Positions 1 to 15,090 are shown, numbered from the stretch's first letter. The stretch is DNA of 64,000 nt from Kofleriaceae bacterium (GCA_048500355.1 JASNYD010000006.1:352211-416210), one strand, 5' to 3'. A program made the numbers and translations. Notes: generated by a model from the sequence alone, not told the origin.

Positions 1-23
1 CCGGCAACCGACCGGGAGTCACC

Positions 24-1207
<1,184 letters not shown>

Positions 1208-1211
<4 letters not shown>

Positions 1212-1447
1212 ACCCGGCGGACATCGAGGCCCGCATCAAGGCCGCCCTGCCCGACGCCGTGGTCACGCTCGAGGATCTGACCGGCACCCGCGACCACTGG
1301 AAGGCGCGCGTCGTGTCGACGGCGTTCGCCGGCAAGAGCCTGATCGCCCGCCACCGCCTGATCAACGCCGCGCTGGCCGAGGAGCTCAAGGGGCCGATCC
1401 ACGCCCTGACCATGGAGGTGCTCACGCCCGAGGAGGCCGCCGACTGA
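1208..1447 (+). CDS. BolA family protein
   Basis: A GTG start overlaps the kbl stop (GTGA). The ~79-aa product (IEARIKAAL..., HRLINAAL...) matches the BolA/YrbA signature and size. Confidence 0.7.
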
Positions 1448-1589
1448 CGGCTCGACGCGGCGCCTCGTGTGCGTCGGTGTGGGCGCGCGCGCACCGGCGC
1501 GGCGCTCGTCACGGCCAGCCTTTGCGCACGTTTTCCAGGCGAGGCCCGGACCGTCCGTGGCAACATGCCGGCCGGTAGCGGTACGTGGA

Positions 1590-4352
<2,763 letters not shown>

Positions 4353-4355
4353 CGG

Positions 4356-4775
4356 CTACTCGACGACGACCACGCCGGTCATCATGTCCATGCCGCAGGC
4401 GAAGCGGACCTCGCCGCTGGCCGGCACGGTCACCGCGAGCTTGACCGGCTGATCGACGGCGAGGTCGACCACCGGCCCGTCGCCGACCTTGACCTGGGCC
4501 GCGCACGCCGACTTCGACTTGCGGGTGACCTCGAGCTCGAGCTTCTCGCCGGCGCGCGCCGAGATCTTCGCCGGCTCGAAGCCCTCGTCGTTGACATGGA
4601 CCGGGACCGTGCGCGTACCGTCGGCGGTGACGGTGGCCGGCGGCGGCGGCGTGCGGCGGGGCGCGTCGGACTTCTTGTCGCAGCCCGCGAGCGCGAGGGA
4701 GGCGGCGACGACGACGAGCGCGGCGACGGGGGCGCGGGGGCGGGTGAACGCAAGGAGCGAGGGCGCGCGGGTCAT
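4356..4775 (-). CDS. Cupredoxin-like lipoprotein (putative copper-binding)
   Basis: It has a lipobox signal (LALAGC). The C-terminal FACGMDMMTGVV pattern (Cys/Met-rich) is typical of small cupredoxin-fold proteins. It ends 3 bp from the convergent kinase stop. Confidence 0.5.
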   Translation of the reverse strand: MTRAPSLLAFTRPRAPVAALVVVAASLALAGCDKKSDAPRRTPPPPATVTADGTRTVPVHVNDEGFEPAKISARAGEKLELEVTRKSKSACAAQVKVGDGPVVDLAVDQPVKLAVTVPASGEVRFACGMDMMTGVVVVE

Positions 4776-4932
4776 GGCCGACCAGCCTGCCACGAACCTC
4801 GGCGGTCGTCGACCGACGACGACCGCTCGCCATCGCGGCGATGGCGGTCTGGGGTGCGCGGAGGCGAGTGCGCGCCACGACGGTCGGGCGCCGCCGCGCG
4901 GGAGCGTGCGCCACGGCGGCCGGCGGCGCGGG

Positions 4933-5400
4933 TCACATCTCGTCGAAGCGCTGCATCACGGCGGCCACGTCGGCGTTACCGGCGCAGGCTCCCAGGCCCT
5001 CGCCGACCCGGGTCATCGCCGCCTGGACGCGGTCCTTGTGCTGCTCCATGTAGGCGTCGGCCTTCCGGTCGACGTCCTCGTTGCCCTCGTACGCCTTGAC
5101 CTCGGTCAGGAGCGCCTGGTGGCTCGTGAACACGCCGTCGAGGGCCTTGGCCATGGCCGGGCAGTCGTCACCAGCCGACTCCACCGCCGCCGCCATCGCG
5201 TCGAAGAAGTCGAGGCTGCGGCCGAACAGCGCCTCGAGCTCGGCGTCGGTGGGGCCGGCGGCGGGCGCCGGCTCCGTGGGCGCGGGTGAGGCCGAGGGGC
5301 CGGGCGCGGCGCTGCCCTTGGACTTGCCGCCACAGGCGGCGAGGGCGCCGGCGGCGATGACGGCGGTGGCGAGCGCGAACGAGCGAAGGCGGTGCTGCAT
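4933..5400 (-). CDS. Hypothetical lipoprotein
   Basis: The ORF has good codon bias and a signal peptide plus lipobox (AGALAACGG). No family was recognised. Confidence 0.5.
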   Translation of the reverse strand: MQHRLRSFALATAVIAAGALAACGGKSKGSAAPGPSASPAPTEPAPAAGPTDAELEALFGRSLDFFDAMAAAVESAGDDCPAMAKALDGVFTSHQALLTEVKAYEGNEDVDRKADAYMEQHKDRVQAAMTRVGEGLGACAGNADVAAVMQRFDEM

Positions 5401-5415
5401 CCCGGGAAGGATACG

Positions 5416-6090
5416 CTAGCCGTCGAACAGCGCCCGTTCGATCACGCGCGAAAGTGCAGCCCGCGCTCGCTCGACCTCGATCGTGGGCGGCCCGTGGAGG
5501 CCGGCGACCGCGCTCGCGCACTCGACCGCCGCGGTGTAGATGACCCAGGCCGTGGCCTCGGGATCGGGCACGGCGGCGCGGGTCGCGATGCGCTCGCACA
5601 GCGCGGTCAGGCGGGCCCGCGACGCGTCGTCGAAGGCGCGGCGCAGGCGGGCGACGTCCTCGTCGCGCAGCGACATCTCGACGAAGACCCGGTGCATGCG
5701 CGGGTAGGCGGCGACGTGCTCGAGCAGGATCGCGATCGCTTCCTCGATCGTGGCGTGGCGGGCCTTGCCGACGAAGCGCTCCGGGGTGAGCTGCTCGAGG
5801 ATGCGACGGTAGCCGACGGCGAGGTTGCGCCGGCAGACCTCGAGGAAGGCCTGCTTCTTGTCGTCGAAGTAGCGGTAGAACGTGCCCACCGACACGCCGG
5901 CGCCGGCGGCGATGTCGGGGGTGCCGGTGGCGTCGTAGCCATCCTTCATGAAGGCCGCGGCCGCCGCCTCGACCAGGGCCTCGTACGTGCGCCGCGCCCG
6001 CTCCTGGGCGAAGCGGCGCGCGCGCTGATCGACCAGCAAGAGCTCGATCTGCGGCGGTGGCGGTGGACGGACCGAGGCCGGACGCCCCAT
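5416..6090 (-). CDS. TetR family transcriptional regulator
   Basis: It has the N-terminal TetR HTH (TYEALVEAAAAAFMKDGYDATGTPDIAAGAGVSVGTFYRYFDDKKQAF). The start was placed at the internal Met (MGRPASV...) so that the divergent intergenic region holds the operator. The longer ORF runs to 6132. Confidence 0.8.
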   Translation of the reverse strand: MGRPASVRPPPPPQIELLLVDQRARRFAQERARRTYEALVEAAAAAFMKDGYDATGTPDIAAGAGVSVGTFYRYFDDKKQAFLEVCRRNLAVGYRRILEQLTPERFVGKARHATIEEAIAILLEHVAAYPRMHRVFVEMSLRDEDVARLRRAFDDASRARLTALCERIATRAAVPDPEATAWVIYTAAVECASAVAGLHGPPTIEVERARAALSRVIERALFDG

Positions 6091-6130
6091 GCCCTCCAGT
6101 TTCGCCTTGACGCCCGTCAACTCCAAGTCC

Positions 6131-6146
6131 AAACTGAAATCAGTTT
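6131..6146. promoter_or_regulatory. Perfect 16-bp palindrome AAACTGAA/ATCAGTTT, candidate TetR operator
   Basis: It lies between the divergent TetR gene and the diiron-protein gene. It is 19 bp upstream of the ATG at 6165 and just upstream of a GGGAGGA ribosome-binding site. Confidence 0.5.
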
Positions 6147-6164
6147 CACTTTCCGGGAGGAGCC

Positions 6165-7220
6165 ATGGCCGCCACCGCGACCGCCGTCGACACCTCGGGC
6201 CCGTCGATCGAGACGCTCGAGACCATCCTCAACGTGACCTACACGTGGGGCTACACCGAGACCCGCGAGAAGCTGCGCGACCTCTACCAGAAGGCGAAGC
6301 ACGGCCAGTGGATCCCCGAGGACGTGCTGCCGTGGCACCTCCAGCCCGATCTGACCCTGCCGATGGGCCCGGAGAACCTGCTGCCGCTCTACGGCTCGGA
6401 CATCTACGCGAAGCTGACCCCCCAGGAGAAGCAGCAGCTCAACCTCGAGACCTCGTCGTGGACGCTGTCGCAGTTCCTGCATGGCGAGCAGGGCGCGCTC
6501 CTGGCCACGGCCCAGCTCGTCGACTCGGTGCAGGACCTCGACTCCAAGCTCTACGGCGCGACCCAGGTCGTCGACGAGGCCCGCCACGTCGACGTCTACA
6601 ACCGCTACCTGCACGAGAAGATCGGCGTGTCGTACCCGTGCAACCCGCACCTGCGCACGCTCCTCGACATGGTGCTCAAGGACTCGCGCTGGGACATGAA
6701 GTTCCTGGGCATGCAGATCATGGTCGAGGGCCTGGCCCTGGCCGCGTTCGGGATGATCCGGGCCAACACCCAGGAGCCGCTGCTGCGCGACCTGACCGCC
6801 TACGTCATGGGCGACGAGGCTCGCCACGTCGCGTTCGGCGTGCTGTCGCTGCGCGACTACTACAAGGAGCAGCCCGAGAAGGTCCGGGCCGAGCGCGAGG
6901 ACTTCGTCTACGAGGCCGCGCGCCTCATGCGCGACCGGTTCCTGTTCCAGGAGGTCTGGGAGAAGATGGGCCTGCCGGTCAAGGAGTGCATGGCCATCGC
7001 CCTCGACAACCAGGGCCAGATCCTCTTCCGCCAGCTCCTCTTCGCCAAGATCGTCCCTGCCATCAAGAAGATGGACCTGCTCTCCGACCGCCAGCGCGCC
7101 CGCTTCGCCGACCTCGGCATCCTCCAGTTCGAGCACGCCCCCGACCCGTTCGCCGACCTCGAGCGCGAGGAGGCCGACCTCAAGCGCCGCCGCCGCGACA
7201 CCGAGCAGCCGCAGGCCTGA
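6165..7220 (+). CDS. Ferritin-like diiron protein (AurF/diiron-oxygenase-like)
   Basis: It carries paired E..H / DEARH motifs (DEARHVDVY, GDEARHVAFG) typical of diiron carboxylate proteins. It is 351 aa with a good ribosome-binding site. Confidence 0.65.
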   Translation: MAATATAVDTSGPSIETLETILNVTYTWGYTETREKLRDLYQKAKHGQWIPEDVLPWHLQPDLTLPMGPENLLPLYGSDIYAKLTPQEKQQLNLETSSWTLSQFLHGEQGALLATAQLVDSVQDLDSKLYGATQVVDEARHVDVYNRYLHEKIGVSYPCNPHLRTLLDMVLKDSRWDMKFLGMQIMVEGLALAAFGMIRANTQEPLLRDLTAYVMGDEARHVAFGVLSLRDYYKEQPEKVRAEREDFVYEAARLMRDRFLFQEVWEKMGLPVKECMAIALDNQGQILFRQLLFAKIVPAIKKMDLLSDRQRARFADLGILQFEHAPDPFADLEREEADLKRRRRDTEQPQA

Positions 7221-7223
7221 GCC

Positions 7224-7462
7224 GGGGACAGGATCCGGGGTCTCAACACCCTGACATCGCCAGCGTTTTCAGGGGCGTTGCGTTTCGGTCCGCGGACCCG
7301 CGCGCTACGTCGGCGGGCGCGCTCGCACAACATCGCGAGACGCCGTGGTTCGGTCGCGCCGGGCCGCGGCGAGCGAGCCGGGCGACAACCACCCGGAACG
7401 CAGCGGGCCCCAGAACTACAAGCATCCTGGTGGGTTGCGACCCCGGATCCTGTCCCCATTCG
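7224..7462. repeat. ~240-bp element bounded by 24-bp terminal inverted repeats (MITE-like or long hairpin RNA)
   Basis: GGGGACAGGATCCGGGGTCTCAAC at 7224-7247 is the reverse complement of 7439-7462 with 1 mismatch. It starts 3 bp after the diiron-gene stop and sits in a convergent intergenic region. Confidence 0.4.
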
Positions 7463-7531
7463 ATCGGTCGCGCCGTCGGGCTTCTTGGTCTCGAGTGGGT
7501 GGGCCGGGATCCGGAGCTTCCGCGGCCTCGC

Positions 7532-8988
<1,457 letters not shown>

Positions 8989-8992
<4 letters not shown>

Positions 8993-10209
8993 GCGCCGCC
9001 TCCGGTCCGCGCCCCCCGCGGGCGCGCCGCCACCGGCCGCGCGCCGTCGGCCTCGCCGGCGCCGTCGATCGCCGGTAGCCGCACCCGCGCCACCGTGCCC
9101 CGCCCCACCGCCGACTCGAAGGTCAGCTCGCCGCCGTGCTCCTCGACGATGCGCCGGCAGATGCCGACGCCCAGCCCCGAGCCGCGCTCGCCGCGGGTGG
9201 TGAAGAACGGCTCGCCCAGGCGCGCCAGGACCTCGGGCGGCATGCCGGCGCCGCGATCGGCGACGGTCAGGATCGCGGTGTCGGGCGCCGGCGCCGTCAC
9301 CGCCACCTCGATCTCCCCGCCGTCGGGGCTGGCCAGCGCGGCGTTGTGGACGAGGTTGATCACGACCTGCGTCAGCTTGTCGTGGTGCAGGCGGCACAGC
9401 GGGTGGGCGTCGAGGCGGCGCACCAGGCGCCGCCGCCGCACCTCGCGGTCGTAGCCGATGATCGCCAGCGCCTCGTCGACGACCGCCGCCAGATCGGCGG
9501 GCTCGCGCACCAGCGGCCGGCCGTGGTCGCCGCCCGAGAAGTCGCGGATGGCGTCGACCATGGCCAGCAGGCGCTTCTGGGCGTGGACGATCACGTCGGC
9601 CAGCTCGACCAGCTCGGGGTCGCTGGCCAGCCGGCTCTTGAGGGCCTCGGCGTAGCCGACCAGCGCGAGCTGCTGGCCGAGCTCGTGGGCGATGCCGCCG
9701 ACCACGCGGCCGACCGCGGCGAGCTGCTCCGCCACCACCAGCCGCTCGGTCGCGGTGGCCAGCTCGCTCGAGGTCGAGGTCAGCGCCCGCTCGCGGTGGT
9801 CGAGCTCGCGCTCGAGCCGCGCCATCCGCCGCTCCAGGCGCGCCCGCTCGAGCGCGGCCTCGAGCCGCGGCAGGAGCTCGGCCGCCACCACCGGGCGCGC
9901 GACGTGGTGCAGCCAGCCGAACGCGGCCAGCGCCCGCTCGGTGCCGTCGGCGTCGGCGGGCGCGGTCGTGACGATCACCGGCAGGTGCGGATCGACCACG
10001 CGCAGCGCCGCCGCCAGCTCGGCGCCCTCGGCGGCGCCGCCGAGCCGGAACCCGATCACCGCGGCGTCGAAGCGGCCGGCCGCCGCCAGCGCCCGCGCCG
10101 CCGCCGCCGAGGTCGCGACCTCGACCTCGTGCGGCACCTCCTCGCCCACCACCTCGGCCACCTGCCGCGCCGCCAGCGGGTCGTCGTCGGCCACCAGGAC
10201 ACGCACCAT
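8989..10209 (-). CDS. Hybrid sensor histidine kinase (REC-HisKA-HATPase)
   Basis: It has an N-terminal receiver (VLVADDD...), an H-box (IAHELGQQL), an N-box (NLVHNA) and a G-box (GSGLGVG). Confidence 0.85.
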
Positions 10210-10378
10210 GTCCAGACTCGTATCACGAACCGTCCATGCGTCTAGACAGAGTCCACGTCCCTGGACAGATCGAGGGGTCGAATCCAATCTAACTATTCGA
10301 GATCCCTTGTCCACGATCGCGGACTCGTGCGGAACGGCAATTGCGACAGCGGGGTGACGAAGCCCAAGGAGGAGACAG

Positions 10379-10912
10379 GTGACACGAACCCCGCTGGTCG
10401 ACCGCTGCCTCGATGCCCGCGCCCGCCACTACGCCCGGGCGGTCGCGCTCCGCTACGTGAAGGACGACGACGCGGCCGACGACGTCGCCCAGGAGGCGAT
10501 GCTGCTCGCCCACCGCCACCTGGCGAGCTTCCGCGGCGACTCGGCGTTCTCGACCTGGCTCTACCGGGTGACCGCGACCGCCGCGCTCATGCACCTGCGC
10601 CGCCAGCGCCGCCTGGCCCGCGAGGTGCTGGCGTCCGCCGGCCGCGACGACGACGACGGCGGCGGCCTCCTCGACAACCTCGCGGCTCCTGTCCGGCGTC
10701 CGGACGACGCGCTCGCCGACCGCCAGCGCTGCGCGCGCGCCACCCAGCAGGTGGCGCGGCTCGGTCCCAAGTACGGCCCGGTCTTCGACCTGCGCTACCG
10801 CGAGGGCTGCACCGAGACCGAGATCGCCGCCCGCCTCGGCCTGTCCCTGGCCACCGTCAAGACCCGCGCCCACCGCGCCAAGCTCGCCGCCCGCGCCGCG
10901 GCGGCGGCCTGA
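10379..10912 (+). CDS. ECF-family RNA polymerase sigma factor
   Basis: It has sigma-70 region 2 (DDVAQEAMLLAHRHLASFRG...FSTWLYRV) and region 4 (TETEIAARLGLSLATVKTRAHRA). A possible GGAAC -35 element lies upstream. Confidence 0.8.
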   Translation: MTRTPLVDRCLDARARHYARAVALRYVKDDDAADDVAQEAMLLAHRHLASFRGDSAFSTWLYRVTATAALMHLRRQRRLAREVLASAGRDDDDGGGLLDNLAAPVRRPDDALADRQRCARATQQVARLGPKYGPVFDLRYREGCTETEIAARLGLSLATVKTRAHRAKLAARAAAAA

Positions 10913-10964
10913 CGGCGAGCGGCGGGCGTTCGCGGCCGACGCCCGGGCGGGCTACAGTGCGCGC

Positions 10965-11870
10965 GTGCGCAAGAAGGTCGACCGGCGGCTCGCCGGCGAG
11001 GTCCTCGCCGAGCTCCTGCCGGGGGCGGCGCCCGCGGCCACCGAGCTGCTGCTCAAGGATCTGCACCTGCTCACCCGCGACGGCGACCTCAACGCCGACG
11101 CCCGGCGCAAGCTCAAGCAGATCCGCCACCTGCTCCAGCTCCTCGGCCCCGCCGTCGACGACGCGCTGGCCCGCCACGCCGACCCGATCGTCGTCGACTG
11201 CGGCGCCGGCAAGAGCTACCTCGGCTTCCTGCTCTACCTGACCCGCCTGGCCCCGGCCGGGCGCGGCCGGCTCCTGTCGATCGAGGCCCGGCCCGAGCTG
11301 GTCGCCGCCACCGCCGAGCGCGCCGCCCGCTTCGGCTGCGACCGCCTGACCGCGGTCGGCGGCGCGATCGCCCACGCCCCGCTGCCCGAGCGCGTCCACG
11401 TCGTCACCGCGCTCCACGCCTGCGACACCGCCACCGACGAGGCCGTGGCCCGCGCCGTCACCGCCGGCGCCGACTGGGTCGCGGTCGTGCCGTGCTGCCA
11501 GGCCGAGGTTGCCCGCCAGCTCGCCGAGCGCGGCCCGCGCGAGCCGGCGCTGGCCGCCCTGTGCGCGCACCCGTGGCACCGCCGCGAACTCGGCTCCCAC
11601 CTCACCAACGTCGTGCGCGCGCTCGCGCTCGAGGCCCACGGCTACCAGGTGACGGTCACCGAGCTCACCGGCTGGGAGCACTCGCTCAAGAACGAGCTCA
11701 TCCTGGCCCGCCGGGTCAAGCGCTTCGATCGCGCCGCCCAGGGCCGGCTCGACGAGCTGGTCGACCGCTTCGGCGTCGCGCCGGCGCTGGTGCGGGCGCT
11801 GCCGCCGGCGAGCGGCGCCGCGCCGCCCGCGCCCCCCGATCCGAGCGGGGGAACGGCTCAGACCTCGTGA
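10965..11870 (+). CDS. Class I SAM-dependent methyltransferase
   Basis: It has a glycine-rich SAM motif (VVDCGAGKSYLGF) and an acidic motif II. Confidence 0.65.
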   Translation: MRKKVDRRLAGEVLAELLPGAAPAATELLLKDLHLLTRDGDLNADARRKLKQIRHLLQLLGPAVDDALARHADPIVVDCGAGKSYLGFLLYLTRLAPAGRGRLLSIEARPELVAATAERAARFGCDRLTAVGGAIAHAPLPERVHVVTALHACDTATDEAVARAVTAGADWVAVVPCCQAEVARQLAERGPREPALAALCAHPWHRRELGSHLTNVVRALALEAHGYQVTVTELTGWEHSLKNELILARRVKRFDRAAQGRLDELVDRFGVAPALVRALPPASGAAPPAPPDPSGGTAQTS

Positions 11871-12694
11871 TACGCGCCCTCGGCGGCCGCCGACACCGGG
11901 ATGCTGGTGCGGGCCTGCGCCGCCTCGACCAGCTTGTCGATCTGGGCGTCGGTGGCGTCGGGGCTGTGGTGGAAGAGGACCAGCTTGCCGACGCCGGCGG
12001 CGCCGGCGAGGTGGACGCCCGCCGACACCGGCGAGTGACCCCAGCCCCGGGCCATGGCGTAGGCGGCGTCGTCGTGCATGGCGTCGTGGACGAGGAGGTC
12101 GGCGCCGGCGGCGAGGGCGAAGGCCTCGCGGGTCGGCCGGTGCGGCGCCGGGTACTCGACGTCGGACAGGAAGGTGACGACCCGGTCGTCGGCCTTGATG
12201 CGGAAGCCGGTGGTCCACATCGTGCCGTGGGGCACGGCCGCGGTCGTGACCTCGAACTCGTCGATCGTGAGCTCGCTGCCGGGCAAGAAGCTCTCGATGC
12301 TGACGCCGGCGGCCAGGTTCTCGAGGCCGTTGAGCGGGCTGTAGTGGGGCGCGAGCTGGTTCTGCAACGTGCCCTTGAGCGAGCTGCCGGCGGGGTCGGC
12401 GCCGAGGATGCGGAAGTGGTTGCCCTTGATGAAGAACGGCGTGAAGAAGGGCAGGCCCTGGATGTGATCGAGGTGGGTGTGGCTGAGGAGCACGGTCAGC
12501 GTGCCCTTGCCCTGGCCGAACTCGCCGGCCATCAGCGTCTTGGCGTACTCGGTGGCGCCGGTGCCGAGGTCGATGAGGAGACGGGCGCCGGCGGCGGTGA
12601 CCAGCTCGACCGAGGTCGTGTTGCCGCCGTAGCGCAGGAACTCCTTGCCGCACATCGCGAACGAGCCGCGCACGCCCCAGTAGCGGATCTTCAC
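11858..12694 (-). CDS. MBL-fold metallo-hydrolase (paralog 2)
   Basis: It has the HxHxDH motif (SHTHLDHIQG). The GTG start overlaps the stop of the upstream MBL paralog (GTGA). Confidence 0.75.
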   Translation of the reverse strand: MKIRYWGVRGSFAMCGKEFLRYGGNTTSVELVTAAGARLLIDLGTGATEYAKTLMAGEFGQGKGTLTVLLSHTHLDHIQGLPFFTPFFIKGNHFRILGADPAGSSLKGTLQNQLAPHYSPLNGLENLAAGVSIESFLPGSELTIDEFEVTTAAVPHGTMWTTGFRIKADDRVVTFLSDVEYPAPHRPTREAFALAAGADLLVHDAMHDDAAYAMARGWGHSPVSAGVHLAGAAGVGKLVLFHHSPDATDAQIDKLVEAAQARTSIPVSAAAEGAYHEV

Positions 12695-13611
12695 GCCGGC
12701 CCCCGCGGCCCGACCGCGAGCGACATGCCCTCGCACGCGGTGATGACGTCGACGCCGACCGCGGCCCCCTGCTCCTTGTAGCGGGCGGCGATCTCGTCCA
12801 TCTGGTCGTCGGTGTGCGACGGCGCGTGGTGGTAGAGGATGAGGCGGCGGACGTCGTTGCCGGCGACGATCTCGAGCGCCTGGTCGGGCGTCGAGTGGCC
12901 GTAGTGGGGGAAGCGCGCGTACTCCTCGGGCAGGAAGTGGGTGTCGTAGATGACGGTGTCGCAGCCGCGCACCGCCGCCACCAGCGCCCCCCGCATCTCG
13001 GCCAGCACCCGGCGATCCTCGTCGCTCAGCGGCTCGGGGCCGGACAGGAAGTGCTGCTTGTGCAGGACGTCGGTGAAGGGCGCGGTGTCGCTGACGTAGG
13101 CGACGCTGGTGCCGTCGGCGTCGAGGCGATAGCCGACCGCGCCGAAGGGGTGGTTGAGGGCGAAGGGCAGGATCGTCACGTCCTCGATGGTCATGACCAC
13201 GCCGGGGTCGACCTCGTGGAAGTTGATCTCGGCCGGGATGGCCTCGAGCGGCACCGGGAAGAACTCGTGGCGGGTGATGCCGCCGATCACCTGCTGCAGC
13301 TCGTCGGCGGCGGTGAGCAGGGCGTAGACCTCGACGGTGTTGCCCGAGCTGTACGCGGGCTCGAAGAACGGCAGGCCCTGGATGTGATCCCAGTGCACGT
13401 GCGACAGCAGGATGTGGTGGCGACGGGCGGCGCCGCCCGAATCGCGGGCCAGCTTCTGGCCGAGCGCGCGCAGGCCGGTGCCGGCGTCGACGATGACCGT
13501 CGTGCCCGCGCTGGTGCGCACCTCCACGCACGACGTCTGCCCGCCGTAGCGGACGGTCGCGCGGCCGGGCACCGGGTAGCTGCCCCGGACGCCCCAGAAG
13601 GTGATCTCCAT
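12691..13611 (-). CDS. MBL-fold metallo-hydrolase (paralog 1)
   Basis: It has the HxHxDH motif (SHVHWDHIQG) and the same overall layout as the adjacent paralog. Confidence 0.75.
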   Translation of the reverse strand: MEITFWGVRGSYPVPGRATVRYGGQTSCVEVRTSAGTTVIVDAGTGLRALGQKLARDSGGAARRHHILLSHVHWDHIQGLPFFEPAYSSGNTVEVYALLTAADELQQVIGGITRHEFFPVPLEAIPAEINFHEVDPGVVMTIEDVTILPFALNHPFGAVGYRLDADGTSVAYVSDTAPFTDVLHKQHFLSGPEPLSDEDRRVLAEMRGALVAAVRGCDTVIYDTHFLPEEYARFPHYGHSTPDQALEIVAGNDVRRLILYHHAPSHTDDQMDEIAARYKEQGAAVGVDVITACEGMSLAVGPRGPA

Positions 13612-13663
13612 GCTCCGAAAATTCTAGCGCGGTCGGGCCCGGGACCGAAATCGAACGCGCACT

Positions 13664-14503
13664 TCAATAAGGATCGTGCGGCCGGACCGCGACCTGGAGA
13701 TCGGCGACCACGGCGAAGTGATCCGAGGGCCAGACCCCGTCGCGGGGCTGGTCGAGGGCGACCCGGGCCGCCAGCGGCTCGCCCCGCAGGTGGCGGTCCG
13801 GGCCGCGGACGTAGACGTAGTCGATGCGGCGCGACGGCTCGCGCGAGCGCAGGGCGTAGGGGTTGCGGCGGTCGTAGGTCCAGCCCGGCCCCGCCGCCGG
13901 GTCCTGGCCGGTGGTGGCCAGCCAGGCGTCGGCGAAGTACACCGACTCGCCGCCGAGCGGGGTCAGGCCGCGCAGGAAGCGCATCTCGTCGGCGTCGGGA
14001 TCGGCGTTGAAGTCGCCGAGCAGGATCGGCGGCGGGCCGTCGACCGGGGCCAGGCGCTTGACGTGATCGGTGAGGGCGCGGACCTGGGCGCAGCGGGCGC
14101 TGCTCAGGTGGTGCTGGAAGGTGAGGTGGGTGACGAACACCGGGAACGGCCCGTGGGGGGCGTCGACGCGGGCGAAGGCGACGGTGCGGGTGTCGTGATC
14201 GGGCGGCGACGGCAAGGGCAGGCTGTCGGCGTCGCGCAGCGGGTGGCGGCTGAGGATCGCGTTGCCGAAGGTCAGGCCGCCGCCGATGTGCCAGGCCGGG
14301 ACGTGGTGCACGTGCCAGCCGGTGCCGGCGGCGATCTCGTCGGCCTGGCTGGGCAGGCCGGGGAAGCCCAGCACCTCCTGCAGCCCGATCACGTCGGCGT
14401 CGAGCGCGGCCAGGCCGTCGCGGATGAGGCCCAGCCGCTCCGGCCACGGCCCCTGCCGGTTCCAGATGTTGAGCGTGACGACGCGCAGGAGGTCGGTGCG
14501 CAT
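13664..14503 (-). CDS. Endonuclease/exonuclease/phosphatase (EEP) family protein
   Basis: It has LNIWNRQG...GLQEV near the N-terminus and GDFNADP / SDHFAV catalytic motifs at the C-terminus. Confidence 0.8.
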   Translation of the reverse strand: MRTDLLRVVTLNIWNRQGPWPERLGLIRDGLAALDADVIGLQEVLGFPGLPSQADEIAAGTGWHVHHVPAWHIGGGLTFGNAILSRHPLRDADSLPLPSPPDHDTRTVAFARVDAPHGPFPVFVTHLTFQHHLSSARCAQVRALTDHVKRLAPVDGPPPILLGDFNADPDADEMRFLRGLTPLGGESVYFADAWLATTGQDPAAGPGWTYDRRNPYALRSREPSRRIDYVYVRGPDRHLRGEPLAARVALDQPRDGVWPSDHFAVVADLQVAVRPHDPY

Positions 14504-14553
14504 GGGCCTGCCGAGTATGCCTGCAAGCGCCGCGGGCGTGCGACGATGCCCCC

Positions 14554-15090
14554 ATGTGGTCGCCCGAGCGTTACCAGGCCAGCCTGCGCTTCGCCGCCGA
14601 GCGCCACGCCGGCCAGACCGTCCCCGGCACCCACCTGCCCTACCTGCTGCACGTGACCTCGGTCGCCGGCGAGGTCATGCGCGCGATCGTGCTCGAGCCG
14701 GTGGCGGCGCCCGACCTGGCGGTGGTGTGCGCGCTGCTCCACGACGTGGTCGAGGACACGCCCACGCCGCTGGCCGAGATCGCGGCGCGCTTCGGCGACG
14801 ACGTCGCCCTCGGCGTGGCGGCGCTGAGCAAGGACGCCGCGCTGGCCAAGGCGCAACAGCTCGACGACAGCCTGCGCCGCATCCGCGCCTGCCCGGCCGA
14901 GATCTGGGTGGTCAAGCTCGCCGATCGCATCGTCAACCTGCAGGAGCCGCCTCCGCACTGGAGCGGGGACAAGCGCCGCCGCTACCGCGACGAGGCGCGC
15001 CAGATCCACGCCGCGCTGGCCCCGGCCCACGCCCTGCTCGGCCGCCGCCTCGACGAGCGGATCGACGCCTACGGCGCGTTCCTGACCTGA
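14554..15090 (+). CDS. HD-domain phosphohydrolase (SpoT/RelA-hydrolase-like)
   Basis: It has H...HD metal motifs (LHVTSVA...ALLHDVVEDT) and KLADRIVNL typical of HD/(p)ppGpp-hydrolase-like domains. Confidence 0.7.
   Translation: MWSPERYQASLRFAAERHAGQTVPGTHLPYLLHVTSVAGEVMRAIVLEPVAAPDLAVVCALLHDVVEDTPTPLAEIAARFGDDVALGVAALSKDAALAKAQQLDDSLRRIRACPAEIWVVKLADRIVNLQEPPPHWSGDKRRRYRDEARQIHAALAPAHALLGRRLDERIDAYGAFLT

Noticed and set aside
6091-6132. ATG at 6132 as the TetR start.
   Set aside because: It leaves only 32 bp for two divergent promoters. The HTH spacing fits the internal Met at 6090.
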